Shown here in pieces: positions 51,558 through 60,453 of a DNA stretch of 64,000 bases. Below the pieces are notes generated by a model. That model was not told the DNA's origin. It did no database searches and saw nothing but the letters and a program-made list of their open reading frames with translations. The stretch lies in the IMG/VR virus record IMGVR_UViG_3300032167_000006; one strand, written 5' to 3'. The position numbers and the translations under genes were made by a program. The DNA is from a virus. Taxonomy: Duplodnaviria; Caudoviricetes. Numbering within the stretch: the first letter of the stretch is position 1; every line of letters begins with the position of its first letter.

Positions 51558-52856
51558 ATTCTTATCCAATTCTTTAATTAAAATAATTGTATCATTTACA
51601 TACTTCATATCTACATATATACCTATAACGGTTCTTTCATTTACTATGCCATCTTCAATATGAGCAACCATTTTGCTCCAATCCATTTCATATTTAAGAT
51701 GCTGAGAATTATTAAACATAATAAAATTAAGGAACACTGCAGGGCATATTGCAATTCTTTGAGTATAATCAAGTACCATTCCAATTTCTGTTCCAGCAAA
51801 TAATTCTTTAAAATCAATATCTAATGGTTTCTTCAAATCAGTTTCATCTACAGCATATTCTGTTGATGTTAATAAAGCCCAATGATTTTGATCTTCTTCT
51901 GGTATAGTTGTTAATGAAGCTTGCATTATAGTTATAGCTGCATCATTAATACTAGGACCTGGAGTTAAGTATTTATGCTCACATCTTTCAGAATAATATG
52001 TATAACAATGTGGTGCTGTCATTTCAACTTCAACTGGAAATTCTATATTATAATTAGTTGTAATAGAATTATTTCTTTCACCATCATCCATAGAAGGCAT
52101 CTCACTCTTAATATGAACAACACAATTTGGCACTCTAATAAAATATTCATTATTGCCAGTTGTACAACGAAGTTTATACATAAATGGTATTAATGAAAAT
52201 CTATTAAGATAATTTAATACTTCTATAGGATTCTTAGGATTTCCGCTTTCAGTCAATTCAAATCCATTATCAAAAGCAATCTGTTTTATTATATCCTTTG
52301 GTACATGAATGTCCATATCTTTATTAAGAGTTTCTGTCCATCCAGCTCTATGTTTAACTTTAATAAATTCCATCATATCAAGCTGTTGTCCACGAGTATT
52401 TAATCTTATTTTATATGTGAAATTCATCTTAATAGTTTTAAATAATAATTGTAAATGCAATCCTTTATTATGTTGCACATCACTAAAGAATGTACCTTCA
52501 AAACGTGAGCGTCTTAACAATGTAGGTATTTCAGGATTACTATCTATCCATTCTCTATTATAAGAAGGATCAATATTTGGAACTATTGCTAATAATGGAT
52601 TGGTTCTTTTCATTTTTTGATCCATAGTTGATAATTTTCTAAACTCATCAAAACTATGAGTGCCATCAACATATACCGAATTAAAATATTTTTCTGGATA
52701 TTTATCTAAAAACCACTGTAACATAACCTCTGTACATACAGCAAATGCTTGTTGTTGAGATGGTAATATAACACTGGTTCTCATTAATCTAGGAGTCTTT
52801 TTAGTATATGCTTCATATGGATTAAACGGTCTTAAATTTTTATGTTGTAAAGCCAT
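51543..52856 (-). CDS. probable virion (neck/tail completion-like) protein
   Basis: 437 aa, late-type promoter; specific function inferred only. Confidence 0.45.
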   Translation of the reverse strand: MALQHKNLRPFNPYEAYTKKTPRLMRTSVILPSQQQAFAVCTEVMLQWFLDKYPEKYFNSVYVDGTHSFDEFRKLSTMDQKMKRTNPLLAIVPNIDPSYNREWIDSNPEIPTLLRRSRFEGTFFSDVQHNKGLHLQLLFKTIKMNFTYKIRLNTRGQQLDMMEFIKVKHRAGWTETLNKDMDIHVPKDIIKQIAFDNGFELTESGNPKNPIEVLNYLNRFSLIPFMYKLRCTTGNNEYFIRVPNCVVHIKSEMPSMDDGERNNSITTNYNIEFPVEVEMTAPHCYTYYSERCEHKYLTPGPSINDAAITIMQASLTTIPEEDQNHWALLTSTEYAVDETDLKKPLDIDFKELFAGTEIGMVLDYTQRIAICPAVFLNFIMFNNSQHLKYEMDWSKMVAHIEDGIVNERTVIGIYVDMKYVNDTIILIKELDKNSDRV

Positions 52857-52882
52857 AAAAGATCCCTCCTTATTTAAATTTA

Positions 52883-52895
52883 TTATTTCAATGTC
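52883..52895 (-). promoter_or_regulatory. late-type promoter
   Basis: GACA TTGAAA TAA. Confidence 0.7.
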
Positions 52896-52937
52896 AAGCC
52901 AAAAAAATAATAATAGTAAGGCGAAATAAGAGGTAGA

Positions 52938-53351
52938 CTATTTATCTACCTCTTTATCGCATTCAGATTTAAGTAAATTTAATAAAGCATCATAACAAGC
53001 TTGTATAATCATTATTTTACAGCAGTTAAGTGTTTTACCATTAGAACGATTACCAAATAGTACTTTATTTACTTCTGTCTGATAGCATGCAAAATTATCA
53101 ATAGCATATTTAAGATCATTTAGAGCAAGTTCAGATTTATCCATAGCATGATAATAAAGTTTTAAGTGATTTTTAATATAATCAATTTGAGCTTCATAGA
53201 TATCATCAAAGTATTCTCTTAATATAGATCTAAAATAATTATATCTATTACCAGTTATTGCAGACGCAATATCTATTGATTGTATGCATGCATTTTTTAC
53301 TATGGTTCGCATATGATCAATTATAAATGATATAGATTCTATAGTAAACAT
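52938..53351 (-). CDS. hypothetical protein
   Basis: ORF with GAGG RBS. Confidence 0.65.
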   Translation of the reverse strand: MFTIESISFIIDHMRTIVKNACIQSIDIASAITGNRYNYFRSILREYFDDIYEAQIDYIKNHLKLYYHAMDKSELALNDLKYAIDNFACYQTEVNKVLFGNRSNGKTLNCCKIMIIQACYDALLNLLKSECDKEVDK

Positions 53352-53360
53352 AAATACCTC

Positions 53361-53546
53361 TTAACTAGAACATCTAGCATTGCTCATTATGCTAGATATT
53401 TCATCTGTAGTTTTTGCTGCATTAATTTTATCAATTATATAATCATCATATCCAAAATCTTTAGCAATCGATATAGCATCTTTCCTATAGATTTTCAATC
53501 TAACAATTCTTTCGTGTTCTTCAATTGATATTTTATCTTTTGCCAT
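53361..53546 (-). CDS. small protein, paralogue of 32037-32261
   Basis: YRKDAISIAKDFGY..YIIDKINAAKTTDEISSIMSNARC. Confidence 0.75.
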   Translation of the reverse strand: MAKDKISIEEHERIVRLKIYRKDAISIAKDFGYDDYIIDKINAAKTTDEISSIMSNARCSS

Positions 53547-53561
53547 TGTTGCTTCTCCTTA

Positions 53562-54014
53562 TTATTTTACATTTGTTGCTTTATTAAATGCTTTAGTTAT
53601 AGCATCGTAAATAATATCATTATCACGTAAATACATTTTATAAAGATCCCATTTATAATTATCGAGCATATGAGTGCCGATAATATCTCTAAATACCTCT
53701 ATAAAATACTTATTGATATTAACTTCTGTATTTATAGAAAGTATTCTTTCTTTTTGTCTAGATTTGATCTGATATGCGAGAACATGCATATTATTATCAT
53801 CCCTATTAATTGTAACTGTAAAGTCATAAACTACAGCTGTATTTTTAGGAAGATCTAATTCAGAAAATGAGTACTGATTGTCATCATTAATACAGCAAGA
53901 GCTTCTATTATAATCAGGATATAATCCTCTTATTTTACTTACATCTGTACCAACCAATGCAAATTTAGCAGATGCAATATGTTTGTTTTGTGTTGTGAAA
54001 ATTTCGATTTTCAT
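53562..54014 (-). CDS. hypothetical protein
   Basis: AAGGAG RBS, early-type motif upstream. Confidence 0.7.
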   Translation of the reverse strand: MKIEIFTTQNKHIASAKFALVGTDVSKIRGLYPDYNRSSCCINDDNQYSFSELDLPKNTAVVYDFTVTINRDDNNMHVLAYQIKSRQKERILSINTEVNINKYFIEVFRDIIGTHMLDNYKWDLYKMYLRDNDIIYDAITKAFNKATNVK

Positions 54015-54071
54015 TTTAATTTCTCCTTAATATGAAATAAATATTTGATAAAGGGTTTACCTTTTACACTA

Positions 54072-54082
54072 TTATAATATGC
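54072..54082 (-). promoter_or_regulatory. putative early-type promoter
   Basis: GCATATTATAA upstream of 54014. Confidence 0.35.
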
Positions 54083-54104
54083 AAATAATATTTTAAAAAA
54101 TGAC

Positions 54105-54130
54105 AGACCAAGGGATTTCTCCCTTGGTCT
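54105..54130 (-). terminator. intrinsic terminator
   Basis: AGACCAAGGGA-GAAA-TCCCTTGGTCT on the minus strand, then a T run. Confidence 0.8.
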
Positions 54131-54146
54131 ACTAAATTTATTTATT

Positions 54147-54611
54147 TTATTTCTTATTAGGTTTACGCTTTACAGGGAAGCCTTTAGATTTAAGATCCTT
54201 AACAAGATCAGTAGCCTTACCAATCTTATCCATAACAGCATCTTTAGCTTTTGTACCCTTACAGCAAGCTTTCTCAATCATAGCATTAACTGAAGCTTCA
54301 CTTTCAATAAGAAGACCAATGCTCTTAGCAGGAAGTTTATTAGCTTCAGCTACAACATCAAGAGCTTCAGCCATACTTCTAATTCCAGCATCTCTCATAA
54401 AAGGAGCTAAGAACTGAGATTCTGTGTAATAGCCCTCGCCGATCTGTACTACTGGTACCATTTCAACGGTAGCAGTATAGTTTGATTCTGCTTCTTCGAT
54501 ATCACCGTAAGCAGTTCTAACTTCAGATTCTCTTACAACACGAGCAGTATCAGGAAGATCGATTGCAGCACATTCTGCAAGAATGCTAAATGTATCTTTA
54601 ATATATGGCAT
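54147..54611 (-). CDS. probable abundant late/virion protein
   Basis: AGGAGG RBS, late-type promoter, strong GCT/CTT/AAG codon bias. Confidence 0.55.
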   Translation of the reverse strand: MPYIKDTFSILAECAAIDLPDTARVVRESEVRTAYGDIEEAESNYTATVEMVPVVQIGEGYYTESQFLAPFMRDAGIRSMAEALDVVAEANKLPAKSIGLLIESEASVNAMIEKACCKGTKAKDAVMDKIGKATDLVKDLKSKGFPVKRKPNKK

Positions 54612-54634
54612 AATAAAATACCTCCTTTTAAATT

Positions 54635-54647
54635 TTACTTTGATGTT
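54635..54647 (-). promoter_or_regulatory. late-type promoter overlapping the upstream stop codon
   Basis: AACA TCAAAG TAA. Confidence 0.6.
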
Positions 54648-55411
54648 TTGTCTTTGACAATAACACACATGATTTTATTAGTGCCAGAAGGAGCATTAGA
54701 TTTAATATCAGCGATATGATTTCTAATATCTCCTTTAATTCTATCATTTTCAGGAAGATTATAAGAACCATCAGCATTGACATATATTTTATGGTTATTA
54801 AATACTTCCATTCTTTTCTTATCAAGTTCTTCTTTAGTTGCTTGCTCTGCAGCATCTATAGCATCAAGAAGATCTGGATTTATATAATTATAATAAGATT
54901 CAATAAATGGTCTATAACCACCACGAATTTTATTAGTAGGGATAAACATATAAGAATTATGTACCATATCATGCACAGTTGCAGATAATGGTATTAATCC
55001 AACCCAAGATATGTAATGAAGATATAAAACTTCTTCTGCCACAGCATTAATATTTAAATCTTCATTCATAGCAGATCTTTTTCTAAATACAATTACACAA
55101 ATATCATATAAAGTAAATGGCGAATGATGAATTTCAATTCTTACTTTAGATTCTGCTTTATTAGTAACATTTTCTAATACAGCACATTCATTCATTCCTT
55201 CAATATTACGTAAATATCCGATAAATTGTCTATATTCAAAAGAATTTCTTACAATTCTTTCAAGGTCTGCAATATATCTATCAAATGATTTTGAATCATT
55301 AAAATCATATGGTTCCGCATCATAATAGGGTAACTCTTTTATATCTAATATGGTTGTACCACCATCAGTATAAATAGTATCAATAGGATTTAATCCCTCA
55401 ACATTCATCAT
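54635..55411 (-). CDS. HNH-like protein, paralogue of 32639-33265
   Basis: IEIHHSPFTL...LIPLSATVHDMVH. Confidence 0.55.
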   Translation of the reverse strand: MMNVEGLNPIDTIYTDGGTTILDIKELPYYDAEPYDFNDSKSFDRYIADLERIVRNSFEYRQFIGYLRNIEGMNECAVLENVTNKAESKVRIEIHHSPFTLYDICVIVFRKRSAMNEDLNINAVAEEVLYLHYISWVGLIPLSATVHDMVHNSYMFIPTNKIRGGYRPFIESYYNYINPDLLDAIDAAEQATKEELDKKRMEVFNNHKIYVNADGSYNLPENDRIKGDIRNHIADIKSNAPSGTNKIMCVIVKDKTSK

Positions 55412-55427
55412 ATTAGATCACCTCCAA

Positions 55428-55440
55428 TTACATGAATGTT
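55428..55440 (-). promoter_or_regulatory. late-type promoter
   Basis: AACA TTCATG TAA, immediately before GGAGG. Confidence 0.7.
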
Positions 55441-55462
55441 CACCCTATTCGATTGAATTGCT

Positions 55463-56233
55463 TTATTTTAGCGTCATCGTATTTGATTCAGCTATAGAAT
55501 CTAATGCAGTTTTTGTATCTTCTATAATATCTTTATTAGTAAATTTATCAATTATAGCTTTAGCTGCATCGCATGCTACATCAGTTTTTGATTTATTTGT
55601 GCTTTTAATATCAATTTGTCTGGAAGATACTTCTGATTTAAAATATATCACTCTTTTAGATGCTAACTTATAATACTTTGAAGGCATAAATACATATTCA
55701 GTTTTACATTTAGAGCATCTTGTTTCTAATGCATCTGGATTAGTTTTACTTCTATTAAATATAAATTTATCAGTAGAATCACATTCACTACAAGTAAATG
55801 TATTAATATCTATTACATCATCATCCACATTTAAATCATATATTTCATCATCTTCAATAATATTTGTAGGGGTTGTTTCATTAGTTATGGCTGTATGATC
55901 ATGGTCTATAATATATTGATCATGCTGATGTAACTCTTTGATTTTATTTTTTAAAAATTGTAATTTTTGTTTGATGAGTTTATATTTAGTTTGAGGTATA
56001 TATTTATATATGCATAAATATGTATTATGCTCTATATCTATAAATATTACATAAGATGCATTTTGTATTGATGTGATATGTATATAACCATCTTTATTAA
56101 TATTAGATTTATATTTACCATCTGTATAAATAGCATCTGTAGACGCATAAAAACTTCTATCTATCTGTATAACTTCATCAAATACTTCATATTTATCAAA
56201 TAAGTTACATAAATCATCAAGTGTTCGTACCAT
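55463..56233 (-). CDS. hypothetical Zn-ribbon protein
   Basis: CSEC...CSKC. Confidence 0.65.
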   Translation of the reverse strand: MVRTLDDLCNLFDKYEVFDEVIQIDRSFYASTDAIYTDGKYKSNINKDGYIHITSIQNASYVIFIDIEHNTYLCIYKYIPQTKYKLIKQKLQFLKNKIKELHQHDQYIIDHDHTAITNETTPTNIIEDDEIYDLNVDDDVIDINTFTCSECDSTDKFIFNRSKTNPDALETRCSKCKTEYVFMPSKYYKLASKRVIYFKSEVSSRQIDIKSTNKSKTDVACDAAKAIIDKFTNKDIIEDTKTALDSIAESNTMTLK

Positions 56234-57209
56234 TCAATATATCCTCGCTTTGTAATTCTTCATCATCAATTTCTATTTGTTCATCTATATCTTCATAATG
56301 GATGGCTTCATCTGCTAAAGCGGAGAATCTTTCATAATGCTCTCTAAATATAGTATCTAAAGATTCATCATCTATATCACCAGCAATACTATCATCATCA
56401 GGTTGCTTGTATACAGGCTCAAAAACCACTTTTAATTTTTTAGGTTTTGGATTTTTAAATAATGTTTCATATATAGGATAGAATTTTGATTTAACAAAAT
56501 CTTCATCATTTAAATCAGTTAAACAAGCTAATTCATATAAGGCATTTGAATAATAAGCATTATAACTAAATATCTTTATAAATTTAAGAATGTCTTTACC
56601 AGTAAATCCATTTGGTAATCTACTCATAATAATCTCTGGATCTGCATAAGTGTACTGAGTATCTTCTATATATTTTAATTTATCATAATTATCTGGAGCA
56701 TGATTATGAAATTCGAATCTGCTTATAATACCATCTTTTATAAGATTTTTAAAATGCTTTGAATAGCAGTTATTAGCAATTTCATCTGAAATTTTATTTA
56801 ATACATTATTTGATAAATTATCAATATGCATATAGATACTTTCCCATTCTTCAGGAGTTCCGCCAATAAGCAAATAATGCTTTTCATGTATAATTAATAT
56901 TTCATCGCCATCTGGATCAAATCTACCAGTATTTTCTTCATATGATGAATGTAAAACTTTACTAATTATATCGCATACAGATGCATGTATTGCATCTTGA
57001 AGTTCTATAACGTGACTAAAATAATCTTTAGAAAATGAGAGAAGCATTATGAGATAATTTTCAGAATTCCATATTATATTAGAATAACAGTAAGAATCGG
57101 TATTTACTATTTTAATATTATTACCCTTAGGATTTTTTATATTTATATCACTAGAAACTTCTGATTCTGATTTTTTAAAAATCTTATTTAAAATATTTTT
57201 AATACTCAT
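56217..57209 (-). CDS. hypothetical protein
   Basis: 330-aa ORF downstream of thyA. Confidence 0.7.
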   Translation of the reverse strand: MSIKNILNKIFKKSESEVSSDINIKNPKGNNIKIVNTDSYCYSNIIWNSENYLIMLLSFSKDYFSHVIELQDAIHASVCDIISKVLHSSYEENTGRFDPDGDEILIIHEKHYLLIGGTPEEWESIYMHIDNLSNNVLNKISDEIANNCYSKHFKNLIKDGIISRFEFHNHAPDNYDKLKYIEDTQYTYADPEIIMSRLPNGFTGKDILKFIKIFSYNAYYSNALYELACLTDLNDEDFVKSKFYPIYETLFKNPKPKKLKVVFEPVYKQPDDDSIAGDIDDESLDTIFREHYERFSALADEAIHYEDIDEQIEIDDEELQSEDILNGTNT

Positions 57210-57224
57210 AAATATCTTCCCTTC

Positions 57225-58106
57225 TTATATTGCCACTTCAAGTTTAACCTGAGGATTAATCTTGGCAATTTCTTTAGCATCATATCCTTTAATAGTAATA
57301 TCATCCATTGTAATATCATAGAAGTTTTTCTTTTCAGGATTAATAATAATCTCAGGATGCACTTCAATAGATTCTCTTTTAAGAATTTCTTTAGCAATTG
57401 GAATATGACGATCATAAATCTGAATATTCATCATAAAGTGTGTAAATATACCAGGTTCAAAACCAAAGTGATGAGCTACAAGCATATTAAATACAGCATA
57501 CTGTGTTGGATTAATACCACTTGCTGCTGTAAGATAGTCACATGATCTTTGATAAAGAGAACTATCAAGATATGTTTTACCATCTTTACCATGACGAACC
57601 ATAAATTGTGTTTGCATTGCACAAGGTTTAAGACCATGAGGTTTAAGTTGCTCTTGCGGATTCCAAAGTGTAAGAATATGATATCTACTATCAGGATTTT
57701 TAGCAATACTATCAAGAACATAACGATTCATAAGATCATGCTCTTTAACAATCTGACCATATGTAGCACCTATATTTCTATGACCATTTTCATCTACTCC
57801 AATTGACCAATCATCCCACCATGTAACACCATATTTATCTTTAAGAACTTCAAGATCTGAAGTCTGGTCTTGGTAAATCCAAAGGATTTCTTTAATACCA
57901 CTTTTTACAGCTACAGGCCTAAGAGTCATTACAGGAAACTCACCTTTAGAAAGATCATACTGACACATTGCACCATTAATACTTAATGTATGAGCAGGGG
58001 TTCCATCTGCCCAATGAGGTCTAGGATTAATATCTTCACAGCCTTCATTTAAAATTTTTGTAAGAATTTCCTTACAATATTCATCTGCTTTATTTACGTA
58101 TTTCAT
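57225..58106 (-). CDS. thyA: thymidylate synthase (ThyA type)
   Basis: EILWIY, YGQ, SR, KPC, YQRSCD...N, NIQIYDRH. Confidence 0.95.
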   Translation of the reverse strand: MKYVNKADEYCKEILTKILNEGCEDINPRPHWADGTPAHTLSINGAMCQYDLSKGEFPVMTLRPVAVKSGIKEILWIYQDQTSDLEVLKDKYGVTWWDDWSIGVDENGHRNIGATYGQIVKEHDLMNRYVLDSIAKNPDSRYHILTLWNPQEQLKPHGLKPCAMQTQFMVRHGKDGKTYLDSSLYQRSCDYLTAASGINPTQYAVFNMLVAHHFGFEPGIFTHFMMNIQIYDRHIPIAKEILKRESIEVHPEIIINPEKKNFYDITMDDITIKGYDAKEIAKINPQVKLEVAI

Positions 58107-58188
58107 GTCATTTTTCTCCTTTATTATATTTAATTAAAAGTATTAATATTATTAAATTTGTACAAGTCGACGTCTATTTTTCACTATG

Positions 58189-58201
58189 GACATATGTGTA
58201 A
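58189..58201 (+). promoter_or_regulatory. late-type promoter
   Basis: GACA TATGTG TAA. Confidence 0.7.
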
Positions 58202-58227
58202 AGTAAAGTAAATTGGAGGTTGGTAGC

Positions 58228-58404
58228 ATGTCAGATATTACACGCGGTGTTTTAGGTCAAACTATCGATGGTGTTGTAGAATACTTCTATCCTAAGACTG
58301 AAGCCGATTTGGTTGAATGTAAAGATGGTAAAAATGTAGAAGAAAAAATAGAAGAATTGGAGTCAAAAATTAAGGAATTAGAAGAGAGAATACAAGCTCT
58401 CTAA
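58228..58404 (+). CDS. small fibre-associated protein (PxTxADxV motif + coiled coil)
   Basis: YFYPKTEADLV...EEKIEELESKIKELEERI. Confidence 0.65.
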   Translation: MSDITRGVLGQTIDGVVEYFYPKTEADLVECKDGKNVEEKIEELESKIKELEERIQAL

Positions 58405-58417
58405 TCCGATAATTTTG

Positions 58418-58430
58418 AACAAAATAGTAA
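58418..58430 (+). promoter_or_regulatory. late-type promoter
   Basis: AACA AAATAG TAA. Confidence 0.65.
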
Positions 58431-58457
58431 ATCATTTTATATTGGGAGGTAGTATAT

Positions 58458-58733
58458 TTGGAAACTAAAAAGGTTATATTAAATAAAAAAATAGACGGTA
58501 CTAGATATAGAATTCTCCCCAAGACAAGTGCTGATATTGTTACTTTTGATGATGAAATGTCTGTTAAAGAAAAAATTTTATCTATGGAAGATAATATGGT
58601 ATCTGTTGAATATGTTACTGAAACTATTGATAAAGCAGTAGAAAAATCAGTAGAAGAAACCGTAACAGAAACAATAGAAAAGACAGTAACTGATACAATA
58701 GAAGCAACGGTTTTTGATGGGGGTGAAATTTAA
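58458..58733 (+). CDS. small fibre-associated protein (PxTxADxV motif)
   Basis: ILPKTSADIV; T/E/V-rich repeats; ends in FDGGEI. Confidence 0.65.
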   Translation: METKKVILNKKIDGTRYRILPKTSADIVTFDDEMSVKEKILSMEDNMVSVEYVTETIDKAVEKSVEETVTETIEKTVTDTIEATVFDGGEI

Positions 58734-58736
58734 AAC

Positions 58737-59096
58737 ATGGCCGATATTAGATTTAAAAGAGGTACCGAACAAAGATGGCGTGAGCTTAATCTTTTATTAG
58801 AGAATGGCGAGCCTGGATTTGAATATGATACCGGTAAACTAAAAATAGGCGATGGTGTTCATAGATGGTTAGAGTTAGAATATGTAGGTTCACATGCTAC
58901 AAGCAATATTGAATTTATTGAAAAATATGACGACCTTCCCAGAATTGGAACAGCTAATAAACTTTATGCTGTTGCTGAAGATAAATTAATTTATTTATGG
59001 AATACTACATCGCTTAAATATGAATCTTTTGGTAGTTCGGGATCTTTTGATCCCTCTATAATATCAAATATAAATGGAGGTACAGCAAATGGCTGA
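58737..59096 (+). CDS. Mtd-N/hyaluronidase-N-like fibre adaptor
   Basis: IRFKRGT..W....LLENGEPGFEYDTGKLKIGDG...W.EL.Y. Confidence 0.8.
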   Translation: MADIRFKRGTEQRWRELNLLLENGEPGFEYDTGKLKIGDGVHRWLELEYVGSHATSNIEFIEKYDDLPRIGTANKLYAVAEDKLIYLWNTTSLKYESFGSSGSFDPSIISNINGGTANG

Positions 59097-60435
59097 AATT
59101 AATACTAGTATTCAACTTCGTCATGATACTACAGAAAATTGGGAAACCAATAAGTCTAAGGTTCTTAAAGATGGCGAGGCTGGTGTTGAATTCCAAGAGT
59201 CAGGTAAAGTGGCTCTTAAAATTGGTCGCGATGGAAAAACATGGGATGAGCTTGATTATTTTGCAAGTGCCAACCCTGCTAAAGTATATCAGGTTGAGCT
59301 TGGTGAAAACGAGCTTGATATTGATGGTATTGAGCGTGTTGTTAATGGCGCAGAGCTTCAGTCAGGCGATTTAGCTATTGTTATGTCTGGTATCGCTGGT
59401 TCTGCTAAATCATATACTTCATACGTATATGATGGTGCTAACTGGACAGCTACAGATGGTAACTACAGCGCTGATAATGTTTATTTCAAAGATGACCTTA
59501 CTGTAACTGCTGCTATTGGTACAGTTACTGCAGATGATATTTCTGATGGTAATGGCTCATACACACTTTCTGCAGGTGGTAAGAACATTGCTCAGGTTTT
59601 AGGTTCTCTCTTAGCTGAAGCTAAAGATCCTGATGTTGATCTTCCTTCAGTAACATTATCTGCATCTGGTGGTAGTGGTGAGGTTGGTACATCATATACT
59701 CTTCCCACAGCTACACTTAAAGTAGATGATGTAGGTAGTTATACTTATGGTTCTAAAGATGCTGCTGGTACTAAATATGGTGCTTTAGATACAGGTGTTG
59801 TTTTCGCTACAGGCGATATGACACTTTCTATTGGTGATAAGTCAGTATCTAATGAATCTGATTTAACAACTGACGGTAAAATTACTATTACTGCTGAGGA
59901 TACAGCTTCTCTTTATACAGATACAGCTAAGTCTTATACATTTAAGGCTACTGCAGAATATACTGCTAGCGCAGATAGAGTTCCTGTAAATAACCTTGGT
60001 GATAAAGTTGAGTCTAAAAAGATTGGTGATGGATCTGTTACTATTGATGATAAGAAAGTAACATTCACTGGTTGGAGAAAAATGTTCATGGGCACTCTCA
60101 CTGATACCAGTGCAGCATTAACTTCTGATGTGATTAGAGGTTTATCACTTGTTAGCAAACAGGCATCTAAGACAGCTCAGACTTTCACTGTTCCTGTTGG
60201 TGCTAAAAAGATTGTTGTTGCATTCCCGAATTCATTCTCTACTAAAGAGCCTGGTTTTGAATACTTTACAATGTCTTGGGAAGGTTTCTCTGGCTTCGTT
60301 TCTGCTGGTACTGTACAGGTTGCAGATGCTCGTGGCGGTGAGAATGGTTTAACTGCATACAACGTTTATACATTTACACATGCAAGTGCAACTGGTTTTG
60401 AGGCTGATACTCAATTCCGTGTTACACTTAAGTAA
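59089..60435 (+). CDS. fibre protein with Mtd-N-like N-terminus
   Basis: IQLRHDTTENW...LKDGEAG...LKIG..GKTWDELDY. Confidence 0.75.
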   Translation: MAEINTSIQLRHDTTENWETNKSKVLKDGEAGVEFQESGKVALKIGRDGKTWDELDYFASANPAKVYQVELGENELDIDGIERVVNGAELQSGDLAIVMSGIAGSAKSYTSYVYDGANWTATDGNYSADNVYFKDDLTVTAAIGTVTADDISDGNGSYTLSAGGKNIAQVLGSLLAEAKDPDVDLPSVTLSASGGSGEVGTSYTLPTATLKVDDVGSYTYGSKDAAGTKYGALDTGVVFATGDMTLSIGDKSVSNESDLTTDGKITITAEDTASLYTDTAKSYTFKATAEYTASADRVPVNNLGDKVESKKIGDGSVTIDDKKVTFTGWRKMFMGTLTDTSAALTSDVIRGLSLVSKQASKTAQTFTVPVGAKKIVVAFPNSFSTKEPGFEYFTMSWEGFSGFVSAGTVQVADARGGENGLTAYNVYTFTHASATGFEADTQFRVTLK

Positions 60436-60453
60436 TAAAGGAGGTAATGATTA

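Noticed and set aside
56217-57209. Degenerate ThyX next to thyA
   Set aside because: Only a vague resemblance around LLIGG; no RHRxxS signature is visible. An HMM search would be needed.
1196-58106. Introns or inteins in the helicase, nrdD, RNAP genes or thyA
   Set aside because: All are contiguous and of normal length, with no intein splice motifs or interrupting ORFs.
57225-58106. dCMP/dUMP hydroxymethylase (modified-base DNA)
   Set aside because: The sequence looks like a canonical Firmicute-type ThyA with the dUMP-specifying Asn, and a DHFR is present.
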